Shown here piece by piece: positions 1-12,374 of a stretch of DNA of 64,000 nt. The translations under genes were made by a program, and so were the position numbers. How positions within the stretch are numbered: the first letter of the stretch is position 1; every line of letters starts with the position of its first letter. Location: contig CM075977.1 of the NCBI GenBank assembly GCA_038087875.1, forward strand, positions 149,296,001-149,360,000, read 5' to 3'. Under the pieces are notes generated by a model. It was not told the origin of the DNA. It saw only the letters and a program-made list of their open reading frames with translations, and did no database searches. Source of the stretch: Malacoraja senta. Lineage: Eukaryota.

Positions 1-94
1 CAGCAGGCGGTGAAGCTTACTCCTGTGTCAGCACAAGTAAACTCAATCGGTCCCTTGTTTGCCCCGACACAGGAGTAAGCTCCACCGCCCGCTG
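1..94. repeat. 29-bp inverted repeat (hairpin)
   Basis: 1-29 versus 66-94, 27/29 complementary. Confidence 0.9.
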
Positions 95-1025
95 TCCTGT
101 TATCCATCGCCCACTGACCTGCTCCACTCTATAATCTTTGCTCTTGAGCTGATCCCCTCACTGTCCGGTCTACATTGAAAGACACGGAGTGGGCAGCGAA
201 TGCCATGCAGTGTCACCTAGTGCAGCAAGTGAGGCCATGTCCTGCTCCCGGCGGCAGTCGGAATTTAAGGATTTGCGGGAAGCTGCTGACATAAGCGAGG
301 CCGGCGAGTGGCAGGAGAGAGGTGTTCAGATGGAGAGCACTGCCAGAGGTGAGCGGGCTGGCAGAAAGCGCTGAGGTCCCGGCGGCCGCTCAGCCACCTG
401 AGCTACTTCCATCCCCGGCCACAATGCGATGGCTCCGCGCCCAGAGCGCCGCGGCAGTGGTGAGTGAGTTACTGGCATGATCTCCGACCCCCTCCTTCTC
501 AACGCTCCTGCCCTCCCCGCAACTTTATCCCTGGCCAAACTCCCCACACACTGTGAAAGGAACTCTCCCCCACAATTGGTCCCTTGAACTAGTATTGTCA
601 TTCAATAAGATCACAACTGATTCAACTTGTCCCGGTGTGCTCCCGTTTTTCCCACTATCTCTCCACCTGCCATCACCCCCCACCCATTCAGTAATTCAAA
701 ATGAAGGAGACTTGGAAGCCTTGGGCAAATTGAATTGTTACTTTCTTTATTTTTATTTTTTATTTTTTGAGCGTGAGAAATGCTATGTCCCGCCAGCTTT
801 CTTTCAAAATTTAGCAACTCAAAATGGGGTTGCGTCTTCGACGCAGGTGCTTCTTCATTGCCGGGAAATATGGTACTTTATTAAGAGATATGGCTTTTGA
901 AGACTTTATAAAAAGTCGACTGACAGCTTACGGAGAGGAGAACAATCTGCGCCTACGCAGTTTAAGATTTTTTTTTAAGCCGACTGACTGCCTACCCTGA
1001 GTAATTACTCACGGCACGTGCCTGG

Positions 1026-1207
1026 TATAAACACTGCTGTCATTTCTACATGGTTAAACCAAAATGTATAAAAATACCCTTTAATAAAATCTGACGGTGC
1101 ACTTTAATCACGTGATTTTTTCTATTACAAATCTCAAATTGTGGAGTGAGTACAGAGGCAAATAAATAAATAATGAGTCTTTGGCCCAAACATTATGGAG
1201 GGCACTG
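1026..1207 (+). mobile_element. Solo Tc1 terminal inverted repeat (same family)
   Basis: Matches 35900-36085, ends ggagggcactg|TA. Confidence 0.85.
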
Positions 1208-1759
1208 TAGTTCACAGGTGTATCAGTACATTTAACCAGATATTAGGCATTTAAGCAGATGCCAAAAACTTGAAACGGTACTACGTGACAATAATAAACT
1301 TAAACCTAAAAGAGGAATGGGAAGCAGATCATGGAGATTTGGCGAAGGAGTTCCAGGACATAGGGACTGGTCAAATGTAGCCACAACTGACAGTGAATAT
1401 CAAAAGTCCAGGATTGGAGGAGCAACGATGGCACGGAGGAAATTCCTGCTCATGCACTACTGGATATCAGGCACTTTGGAGATAGTGCAGAAACTGCAGA
1501 TGATGTTCATGTATAATTAGGAAAGAGCAGCTATATGCACAGAGAAAGACACAAACAATAATGTTAAAAGGAAAACAAAAGCATCCACTGTAGGTGCTCT
1601 TCTGATTATGATTGGATAAGAATGGAACTATTTAATAGATGACAGCAGACAGCAATTGTTGGAGAACGATGGAATAGGTCAGTCAAGGCTACAGATCAAG
1701 TCTGCAGCAAGTCATCTCATCATTTCCTTCCCCCCTCACCTTACCATACTTGCCTTACA

Positions 1760-2240
1760 ACATTTCTCTCTCTCCACCCACCAACTCCCTTTTTGATCAT
1801 TTTGACACCACCACAAGGAAACAATTTACAGTAGCTACTAACACATCTTTGGGATGTGGAAGCAAACTGATGAACCTGGTGGAAAGACAGAAGAAAGACA
1901 CAAAATGCTGGAGTAACTCCGCGGTCAGGCAGCAACTCTGGAGAACAGGAATAGATGAAGCTTCGGATCAGAATCCTTCTTCAGACGCTTCTTCGGACTT
2001 CAGGTCTGAAGAAGAGTTCCAACCCGAAACGTCACCGATTCCTTTTCTCCAGAGATGCTGCCTGACCCAGTGAGTTACTCCAGCATTGTGTGTCTATCTT
2101 TGGTATAAACCAGCATCTGCAGTTCCTTCTTACATGCTGGTGGAAAGGCACATGGTCATGGGAAGAATGTGCAAACTCTACAAAGATGGCACCTGTGGTC
2201 AAGATTGAATTGAGTTTCCTGCATCTGAGAGTGCTGGTGT
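1760..2240 (-). mobile_element. Degraded V-SINE interrupted by a palindromic element
   Basis: catctttgggatgtgga...gggaagaatgtgcaaactc...gtggtcaagattgaa. Confidence 0.65.
1887..2136. mobile_element. Palindromic Penelope-derived short element; TSD ctggtggaaag
   Basis: Inverted arms gacacaaaatgctggagtaactc / gagttactccagcattgtgtgtc; hammerhead-like core at 2006-2033. Confidence 0.8.
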
Positions 2241-3924
2241 GCAAGAATGAGGGAGTTGAGAGGAGTAATAAATAACAAATTTGCACCAACTGAAGAGAAT
2301 TATTAGCAATAGTCAGTTGACATAAGATATAGGAATGAATGAGGGAAGAGAGTAAAAATTAGAAAACAACTTTCATTAAACTTTGTATACATTTTCCAGA
2401 AACAGTTTCTTACACTCATGACTGCATTTCTGGGAATAAACAGTTGAATTTATAAAGTCATATAATTGCTACAAAATGCCTTTGCAAATTCTTTTGTTAC
2501 CACTGCTTACTAATAAGTTTCCACTTGGGACCTCTTCAGCTGACCCCCACGAAGACACTGGAACTAAATGAATCATTTTTTCTTTCTAACTGATTAAGTC
2601 TAGGAACAAAAATGAAAGTTCTTCCTCACTCACTCTCTCTCTCCTCACGTAATTTGAGAAAAATAATCTTTTCACTGGATGAACTTTCTCTGCCATGTGT
2701 GCAATCAAATAAAGCACTTTTCAATCATCAGAAGTCAATAACTTAAATTAAGCAAAAGCTGCTCATGAATGGAAATAAGAATTTAAACATTTCAGTGCAG
2801 TTTTTCCCAATCAGTCTTAAATTAATAGCAAAAGAAGTAGAGCATAGCAGTTAAGTTAAATTATAAATGGTTCGCTATGCATTAACAAAACATCTTATTA
2901 AATAAAGTTATTTTATAATTGGCAATAACATTGTTTCTCATTTAAGTAGGGCGCATAACTCATTGAACAGACCATATGGCTTTATTTATACACACCTTAT
3001 TATACCTGGTTATGAGATAATAAATATTCTTTGGCAAGTGGGAGTTGGAGAAGAAAAAGAGTGGGGGGAGAAAGGTAACTGGGTGGTGGAAAAGTAAACA
3101 AATATTTAGATCATTCCACCTTCTTTACACCCGCCCATACTCACATCTGATCCCCAACTTAAGAGAACCTGATGAAACGCATTATGTATTGCTAGTCAGT
3201 CACCATTACAATTTAAACAAGAGGCATTCTCAGCAAAAATGAATGGAAATGCATTATAGTTGACTTCCTATTTCCCCTAAAATCACAAATGCCTCCGCTG
3301 CACACAACAACATGCTATCAAAAGTATAGTGTGTGCCTTTGATTCCTCGGTTGAGCAAGTTATAAACTCTCATCCAAAAACCATCTCCACACCTGATTTC
3401 TCTGTAGCTCTTTTAATGTAGTAAAATAATATGGCATTTCACTGGAGTTTCATCATATAACATTAATTATATTTCCATCTTCATAGATACTGAATTCACT
3501 GCTAATTATTTCCAGCATTCTCAGTTTTTCTTTCAGATTTCCAGCATCTGCTTCAATTTGCTTTCTAACCACAGATATCTTGGCGAGTCAGAGAGGCCAG
3601 GAATGGAAATGACACAAGAAGAAACGAGATTTACTTGAGGGAGAATTACCAAATCAAGGCATTGTTAATCAAGAAGCAAAATTGTGATGGGGTGATAAAT
3701 GAATGAGACGGGAAAGGTTAGGACAAAAATATTAAGAGGATACGTACAGGAAACTCAAGTTTAGAGATGCCAAAACTATGAATGTAGATGTCAGCAACAC
3801 CTAGAAGTGTTATGGGCTGGGGACATTCACCATGAAGATGCTTCCCTCTCAGTCAATTTGTTTTCTCCTTTTCACTCCAATAACACAATCAAAAGATGTG
3901 TTACCTTGAGGACCTCTAAACATG

Positions 3925-4233
3925 ATGTGGCACGGTGGCGCAGCAGTAGAGTTGCTGACCTACAGCTCCAGAGACCCAGAGTCGATCCTGAGAACGGGTG
4001 CTGTCTGCATGGAGTTTCTACTTTCTCTCCGTGGCCATGTGGGTTTTCCCTGGGTTCTCCGATTTCCACCCACACTCCAAAGATATGCAGGTTTGTAGGC
4101 TAATTGGCTTCAGTAAAAATTATAAATTGTCCCTAGTGTGTAGTGTGTGCTAGAGTAATGGGGATCCATGGTCGGTGTGGATTCGCTGGGTCGAAGGGCC
4201 TGTTTCTTCACTGTATATCTAAACTTAACTAGA
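3925..4233 (+). mobile_element. tRNA-derived V-domain SINE (HE1-like), full length, TSD ctaaacatg
   Basis: A-box tggcgcagcagtag, B-box-like gagtcgatcc, core gtctgcatggagtt...gtgggttttcc, CR1-like tail gaagggcctgtttc. Confidence 0.85.
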
Positions 4234-4714
4234 CTAAACATGTCTCCTCCTCTACCATCTCCATCACATCGGAAGATCAACACTAATTCAAAGAACGAAG
4301 TGCAAACAAGGAGCAGCACAAGGAACATCTCAGAATGAGGGTTCGATCTGGTCACGTTACAAAACAGAACCACTTGCCTTCCAATCAGCATAAAAGATGT
4401 GCAACATCAATAAACAATCCCATAAACAATTGGTCTGATCTAAGTTCTTGCCACATCCAGTCACAAAGGGAGGTGACAATTAAATAACTCACTTGAGGCG
4501 GCTCAACAAATATTTCTATTCACCAATGATGGGGGGATCTCAGCACCACAATGCAAAAATAAAATTAAAAAATCAGTAGCAATTGCAAGAATCTTCAGCC
4601 AGAATTGTCCAGTAGATGGTCCAACTAACCAACAACAAGAGTGGTCCTGAGCTACTATCTACCTAATTGTAGATGCTCAACCTCTTTGTTCGGATTTCAC
4701 CTTACACTAAACAT

Positions 4715-5699
4715 TATTAATGATCTGGACGAGGGAATTGAAAGCAACATCTCCAAGTTTGCGGATGACACTAAGCTGGGGGGCAGTGTTAGCTGTGAGG
4801 AGGATGCTAGGAGACTGCAAGGTGACTTGGATAGGCTGGGTGAGTGGGCAAATGTTTGGCAGATGCAGTATAATGTGGATAAATGTGAGGTTATCCACTT
4901 TGGTAGCAAAAACGGGAAGGCAGACTATTATCTAAATGGTGGCCGATTAGGAAATGGGGAGATGCAGCGAGACCTGGGTGTCATGGTACACCAGTCATTG
5001 AAAGTAGGCATGCAGGTGCAGCAGGCAGTGAAGAAAGCGAATGGTATGTTGGCCTTCATAGCAAGAGGATTTGAGTATAGGAGCAGTGAGGTTCTACTGC
5101 AGTTGTACAGGGTCTTGGTGAGACCACACCTGGAGTATTGCGTACAGTTTTGGTCTCCAAATCTGAGGAAGGACATTATAGCCATAGAGGGAGTGCAGAG
5201 AAGGTTCACCAGACTGATTCCTGGGATGTCAGGACTTTCATATGAAGAAAGACTGGATAGACTTGGCTTATACTCGCTAGAATTTAGGAGATTGAGAGGG
5301 GATCTTATAGAAACGTACAAGATTCTTATGGGGTTGGACAGGCTAGATGCAGGAAGATTGTTCCCGATGTTGGGGAAGTCCAGGACAAGGGGTCACAGCT
5401 TAAGGATAAGGGGAAAATCCTTTAAGACCGAGATGAGGAAAAACTTTTTCACACAGAGAGTGGTGAATCTCTGGAACTCTCTGCCACAGAGGGTAGTTGA
5501 GGCCAGTTCATTGGCTATATTTAAGAGGGAATTAGATGTGGCCCTTGTGGCTAAAGGGATCAGGGGGTATGGAGAGAAGGCAGGTACGGGATACTGAGTT
5601 GGATGATCAGCCATGATCGTATTGAATGGCGGTGCAGGCTCGAAGGGCCGAATGGCCTACTCCTGCACCTAATTTCTATGTATCTATGTATCTATGTAT
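4715..5699 (+). mobile_element. CR1-clade LINE, 5'-truncated young copy (C-terminal RT, 3' UTR, (CTATGTAT)n tail)
   Basis: Uninterrupted ORF with KFADDTK, RPHLEYCVQFWSP and RRLRGDLIETYK; octamer microsatellite tail. Confidence 0.95.
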
Positions 5700-6561
5700 T
5701 CCTTTCATCATGTATCTGTACTATCTGTTCACTGTGAATGGCTCGATCATAATCATGTATTGTCTTTCCGCTGACACGTTGCATGCAACAAACGTTTTTC
5801 ACTGTACACGTGACAATAAACTAAACTCAAAGTCATCTCAGCCTCCTCCAATGGTCCCCAGAATATTAGATTCTAGTCTTCAACCAATTTGATTCACTTC
5901 TTATGATACCAAGAAATGTCTAAAGGCATTGGATACAGCAAAGGCAACAGTCTGGCAATAGTACTGAAGATTTACCTTCCAAAACTTACAATGCCTCGGC
6001 CAAGCTGTTCCAATAGTTACAATACTGGCATCTACCAACAGTGGGGAAATTGACTTGTTCTTACAAGGCATGAAAGATCCAACCCAGTTAATTACTGTCC
6101 CATTAGTCTACTCTCAATAATCAGCAAAGTGATGAAAAGATAATTAAGCAGCACTTAGCAACAACCTGTTCACAGAAGCTTAATTTGAGCTCTGTTAAAG
6201 TCACTAAGTTCCTGACTTCATGATAATGTTGGACCAAAATAGACATACGAACTGCATTCCAAAGGTGAAGTGCAAGCAGCTGCCCTTGATATCAGGCAGC
6301 ATTTGATCAAGTATGGCATCAAGGAGTCCTGGGGACAATCACAATCAAGGGGAATAAATCCTACACTGGTTGGTAGCACAAAGTTGTAGCTGTTGGAGGT
6401 CAATTATCTCTGCAGTGGTTCCTCAGGATAGTGCACTAGACCCAACCATCTTCAGCTGGTTTATCAATGACCTTCCTTAAATTGTACGGTCAGAAGTAGA
6501 GATGTTTGCTGATGATTATAGAAAGTTCAGCATCATTGATGACCCCTTAAGATAACTTTTA

Positions 6562-7070
6562 GGGCCTGTCCCACTTGGGCGACCTAATCCGCGAGTTCTG
6601 GCGAGTTTGCCCTCGATTCATACTCGCAGCATGGTCAACACGAGGTCATCAGAGGTCTTCGTAACTCTCCTTCATGCTTGAGAGTGGTCTCTGCGTACTC
6701 GAGGCCTCAGCTAGGTCGCGGCGTTTTTTCAATATGTTAAAAAATGCCCATGAGTACAAAAACGTCGCCATGGAAAAAATCGATACTTTTTTTACTCGTA
6801 GGTTTAGTCGTAGTAGGTTGCAGTAGGTCGGCATGTTAGTCGTAGGTAGTCGTAGATAGTCTTCATCATAGTCGTAGGTAGGTCGAAGGAGGTCGTATTC
6901 ACTCTCCACTATTCGGTGTCCAATTTTCCCGAAGTTAGTCGTAGCTAGTCTTCAACACAGTCAAAGGAGGTCGAAGGAGGTCTTCTACATAGTCGAAGGA
7001 GGTCTTCAACATGTCATTTTTTCAAACTGTTCTAAACTCGCCAATTAGGTCTCCCAAGTGGGAGAGCCCC
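6562..7070. mobile_element. MITE with GGGCCTGTCCCACTTGGG-type TIRs (Harbinger- or Kolobok-like)
   Basis: gggcctgtcccacttgggcgacctaat ... attaggtctcccaagtgggagagcccc; internal tagtcgtagg/gtcgaagga tandem motifs. Confidence 0.8.
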
Positions 7071-7074
7071 TTAA

Positions 7075-7310
7075 GGGCCTGTCTTAATTGAGTGTCATTT
7101 GCGCTTCACGCAGGTGGCGCGAAGATTTTGTAAATCCCAAAATCCTGGGGCGCTGCGCGCAACCGCTCATCACTGCCTACGGCACCACACCCCACCACTC
7201 GGCATGCGCGCATAATGCACGTCATGCGCACATCACGTGCGCGTCATGACGCACGCGTTATGCATTGTGACGCGTAAATGACGCGCAAATTACGCCCGTG
7301 GGACAGGCCC
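7075..7310. mobile_element. Second MITE with related TIRs, flanked by TTAA on both sides
   Basis: ttaa|gggcctgtc ... gtgggacaggccc|ttaa; CpG-rich tgacgc/cacgtg interior. Confidence 0.8.
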
Positions 7311-8169
7311 TTAAGCACTTCACATGTAAATGCAGCCAAACCGAGACAAGGTCCAGACCCGAGCCGACAGATGGCAATTAAAATTCACTCCAGACAATGG
7401 AAATATCTAATAAGTGAAAACCCAGCTATCCTCCCCTGGTATTCAATGGTGTTACCATCACTGAATATCCCACTATCGATATCCTGGGTGTTACATTGAC
7501 CGGAAATGGATCTGAGCAATTGGTAGCTACAAGAGCACATTGAAGCTGGGAATACTACAGCAAGTAAATCATCTCCTAACTTTCTAAACCCAGTCCATCA
7601 TCTGCAAGGCTCATGTCAGGAGTTTGATGGAATACCATCCACTTCATTGGATGAATGAAACTTCAACAACATTGGGCATCCCCATTCACAACCATTCACT
7701 CACACCACCATTGATGCACTGTGGCTGCAGTTTGCTCATCTACAGCATGCACTGCACCAACTCACCGATACTCCTCAGATTGTACATTCCAAAGCCACGA
7801 GCTCTGCTGGCAGGAAGTAAATTGGCAAGAAAATCAGGGGAACATCACCACTTGGAAATTGTCCTCCAAAAGACACATCATACTGACTTGGAAAAATATT
7901 GGTGTTCCTTCACCATTGCTGGCTAAAATTGCAGGAACTTCCTCCCGAACAGTGAGAAGAGGGAACCCATTTCTCAAGGACTGCAGCAGTTCAAGGAGAC
8001 AGCCCACTACCACCTTCTCAAGGGTAATGAGGGATGTTTCAAGTTTAAAAAATGCAGAGATGATGCCTGTCTCAGAGTTACTCCAGCATTTTGTGTCTAT
8101 CTATGGGCAAGTAAATGTTGGCTCACCCTGCAAAGCCACATCCATTAACTGAACAACAAAATTCTCTTC

Positions 8170-8700
8170 CCCTTCTTTCCAACATTTGAGAGGTCATTTC
8201 CTCTAAAATACTATGGTTCAACCAATTCCAACAATCCTCTTCCTTTCCAAAGCACTTTCCTGTGTAACCAAAGGATATCCAATACCTGCTTTTATCTTCT
8301 CCTTTCCCACTGTAAGGGTTTCCACATGCTTTCCAGTTGAATCAGCCATTTACAAGAGATTTTTTCCCATTGAGAATAATGTACCCACTGCTCAAGATGG
8401 AGTCTCTCTGTGTTGGGGAAATATATAGTAGTTTGTTTCAGGCATGAAACATACTTCCGCTCAGTCCGTAAACAGGACTTTGAGCTGCTTGACATTTTAA
8501 TTCTCTGCATCATTCCCACTCTGACCCACTTCTTCAGTCTCCTGCATTGTTCAAAAGGAGCTCGGGGATCAACACCTCACCTTTGGATTAGTTGCACTGC
8601 TGCCTTCTGGCTTCAGGTTGAATGCAAACAATTTCAGATGTTTTTGCTTTTCCCATTTACACCCCCTCCAAAACCATCTGTTGCTTTATTACTTTTCCCA
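8170..8700 (+). mobile_element. Ancient Penelope GIY-YIG remnant
   Basis: caacacctcacctttggattag...gaatgcaaacaatttcag resembles the EQHLIF.LG.L.P.G terminus. Confidence 0.55.
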
Positions 8701-10690
8701 TTGCTACCCGTTATTACATACGACCATCACAGAACAATATATATTTAAAACACAGGAGGCCATTCATCTTATATGCTGGCTCCAAATAGAACAATGGTGT
8801 AAGTTCCATTCCCCACCTTTCACCATAGCACTGCAAACTATTCTAAAAATGCCGATCTTTGTTGCAGTCAACCCTTTCAAGCAAGAGATTCCAAACTATT
8901 CAAAATGGAAATAAAACCTTCCTCATATCTCCCTTGTACCTTTTTGCCCAAAATGTTAATCAAAATTCCTTGGTCCTGGAAACAGCCCCCTCTTTATCCT
9001 AATTTAATCAGTCATGACCATGGACACATCAGCAAAATTCTCTATTGGTTAGTTAATTGTCAATTTCTCAAATTATCGATGTAGCTTTAGGTTCTGAGAT
9101 GACTCAGCAGTCTAATTATGGAACTATAAACCCATTCAAAGAAGACACCGATTACTCCCTATCCTTCCTTCTCACTCTCTTTCAAGCTTTTAGGGCAGGA
9201 CATTTTTCCTTAAAGCCAACTAAAACCAACTATAACCTACAGTAACTGTGCAACCAAGACCCAATGATGGCTTGACTCCCCTAACTTTTGAAGTCAGTAA
9301 CTATATTCTTAAGGTATGCTGCCATTTTCTTGCATTTCTTCAGACCACCATTGGATCTCCAATTGTCAGCCGGCCAAAAGAGGAATGCTTGTACGACATG
9401 AGAAGAGAATCTGGCAGCCACGCATTTGTGTGTGATCCAGCAATGTCAGTGCATGAGAATCTTTACTCCAGTAAGTTTTCTCATTAAGTGAAAATTCCAG
9501 ACTACAGCAGGTCTATGGACAAAGAACCAATGTGGACTGAGGGCTATCCCCAGAATGGCATGGGCAGAGCGTGAAGGTGCCTTATTGATCCCATTCTTCG
9601 TGTATGAAGATTAAATAGCCATCAATTCCTTGGTAATGGATCCAACTCCAATCTTTGGAGGGAGGCAGTCTTTGAAGAGGGCAAGAACAGCAAATTTGAA
9701 ATATGGAGAACAGGGATTACTATTTCATTGATCAACTAGCACAGAACACTATTAAATTTCTCCATTCATCCTTTGTCAACATATTACAATGTCATTTTTT
9801 AACACTTTTCCAGTCCTAATGAAAGGCCATTGACCACTAATATTAGCTCTATTTCGATCGCCACAATGCTGTCTGACCCACTAAGCAAGTCCACCATTTT
9901 GATGTTATTTCATATTTCTGCAGGTTGGTGTGTTATGCCTTTAGGGCAGTTTAACAGTTAGAACAGCCACCATGAGCCACAATGCTTAATTACATGACAT
10001 CAGAGGCAGCAAATCAATTACTTGTAAATTTTATTAGTACACTTTATAGTGCTTAATTAATCAAGATGCTCCTAAAATGTAAGATGTTTTATAAAGATTT
10101 ACTACTGTTGACCTAAAATGCTGTAACTCTCACATCTTTACATCTTAAAGTAGAGTCTTATGGCTTTGCCCATTTTGTCAATGGTACCAATTAACTCTAT
10201 TGGACTGCATATCAGTGTTTTTTATGGGGCAGATATACCATCATGTTTCCCATTTGGTATGTTTTTAAAGCAGTTAAACACCATAGGAAAACCACATGCT
10301 CAACTTTCCTGGTGAGATTTTATTATGCCTGTTTAGGTGAAGATTAGTCATCTCGTTGCAACATCTGGAATGCATCTAAATATTTTAATATGCTACATAA
10401 ACCATATGTTCAGTGCATTAAAGTGTGCAAAAAGTTGAGAACTCGCTCACATCAACTAACTACAGTACTCAAACCAATACTTAATGGCGTACATTATTTT
10501 CTAAATATTACAGTTACTGTAGGTGAGTAGCCATTCTCCTTTGAAACCAAAGTACCAGTTCTCTTGAAGGTTTATCAATCCAAAACATGAATAATTTTTC
10601 TCTCCATTGATGCTGCCTGAACTGCGCTTTATTTCGAGCATGTGCATTTATTTCCCATTTATGTGTGAAATCTAACAAGTTTGTACTTAA

Positions 10691-10902
10691 GATGTTAAGA
10701 TAGACACAAAATGCTGGAGTAACTCAGCGGGTCAGGCAGCATTTCTGGAGAAAAGGAATAGGTGACGTTTCAGTTCGAAAACCCTTCTTCATCCGAAACA
10801 TCACCTATTCCTATTCTCCAAAGATGCAGCCTGACACGCTGAGTTACTCCAACATTTTGTGTCTATCTTCGGTGTAAACCAGCATCTGCAGCTCTTTCTT
10901 AC
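10691..10902. mobile_element. Palindromic Penelope-derived short element; 16-bp TSD acaagtttgtacttaa
   Basis: About 75-bp inverted arms; TSD at 10675-10690 and 10903-10918. Confidence 0.85.
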
Positions 10903-11099
10903 ACAAGTTTGTACTTAATGTGTACTTTTACAACTGTTGACATTACTACTATTGAGCTCCCAAAGTAAATCAATATCTTAATCAATAGTTCATTCTAATA
11001 ATATACCCCAGATTCCCAATGACAGCAATCCTGTAAAAATACATATTCTGTCAAAGCATACTTCTATTGATGCATATTAGAGTGATTCATGAGAAATTG

Positions 11100-11340
11100 G
11101 CAGCAGAGGAGGTTCAGCTAATTGGGCTATTATAGCTTCAGCAACCCCCATTCAAACCTGAGCTCCAGTGCTGACCATAGGGAGTTTGCAGTTGTCCCAC
11201 ATTTCTGAATGTTTCCCCCATGTTCCCAGGTTTCCTCCTGCATCCCAAAGATGAGCAGGATATTAGACCAATTTGCCACCGTCAATTGTCCCTATTGTAC
11301 ATGTTTCAGGTTGAATCTGGGAGCAGCTGGTAGAGATCTG
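11100..11340 (+). mobile_element. Degraded V-SINE
   Basis: ttcaaacctgagctccagtgctg...ggagtttgca...catcccaaaga. Confidence 0.65.
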
Positions 11341-11349
11341 GAGAATCAT

Positions 11350-12365
11350 GTGTCATGAGTGTTCAATCATCATATGTACTGGCAACAAAACAATGAAATT
11401 CTTACTTGCTGCAGTTTTACAGGCCCACAAATGCAAATCACACAAATAAATACACAATAACCAATAATACAATAAATTAATAATCTGTAATACTAAGTAA
11501 TCAGACCATAATAGTCCAAAATCCAAAGTCCACAGTGTGACCAATACAAACTCCATAGCAGATCATAGTTACTGAACTAGTGGTTAGAGTTGTTCAGGGT
11601 GGTTCAAGAGCATGATGCTTGCTGGAAAGAAGCTGTTTTTGAACATAGGCGAGTTTTCAGGCTCCTGTACCTTTTTCCCTCCCACTGGTAGTGGCAAGAT
11701 GAGAGAGTGTGGTGTGTATCATTAATGATAATAGCTGCTTTTTTTGAGGCAGCACCTCCTGTACTTTATTGGAAGGAATATCAGTACATGTGATGGACTG
11801 GGCAATGTCCATCACTTTCTGCAACCTTCTTCATTCCTAGGCATTCGAGTTAACCAACTTGGTGTGAAGCAACCAGTCAGTATGCTCCCAACTGTACACC
11901 TGCAAAGGTTTGATGGAATATTTGGCAAAATTCTGAATCTCCTCAATCTTTTAAGAAAGTAGAGGTGTTGATGTGCTTTGTTTATGATTGCATCGTGCTG
12001 AGTCCCGGATAGATTTTCAGAAATACGCACACCCAGGAACTTGAAGCTGTTCATCGCTTCACTGCGGTCCTGAGAGGTTCGTGGATCTGCGGCCTTCCTA
12101 TTCTGAATTTAATAATCAGCTCCTTGGACTTGCCAATGTTGAGAGCGAGATTGTTGTTCGGGCACCATTAATCAGATTATCAATCCCCCTCCTTTACTCT
12201 CTCATCATTACCCATTATTCTTTCACCAAAGGCAGTATCAACAGCAAATGTAAAGATGGCATTCGAGCCATGTCTGGCTACACAGTCATGGGTATAAAGA
12301 TAGTAGAGCAGGTAAACTGAGCACACAGCGTTGAGGTGCTTGTGTTGATGGTTATCGAGAATAAA
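11350..12365 (-). mobile_element. Rex1/Babar-like LINE 3' fragment
   Basis: IFTFAVDT (FADDT), SFKFLGVRISENLS, KAHQHLYFLKRLRRF. Confidence 0.8.
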
Positions 12366-12374
12366 GTATGGGGA

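Larger units (their letters stand above)
4440..8030 (+). mobile_element. Old L2/CR1-group LINE remnant hosting nested insertions
   Basis: Pieces at about 4440-4635, 5830-6550 (gtggttcctcaggatagtgcactagaccca, atgtttgctgatgatt) and 7315-8030. Confidence 0.65.

Noticed and set aside
3925-4010. tRNA gene
   Set aside because: A/B boxes belong to a SINE head; no cloverleaf
4641-5597. 318-aa ORF as a host gene
   Set aside because: CR1 RT C-terminus fortuitously in frame with flanking repeat sequence
6790-7015. CRISPR-like or satellite array
   Set aside because: Irregular 8-12 bp micro-repeats inside a MITE; no constant repeat/unique spacer structure; eukaryotic context
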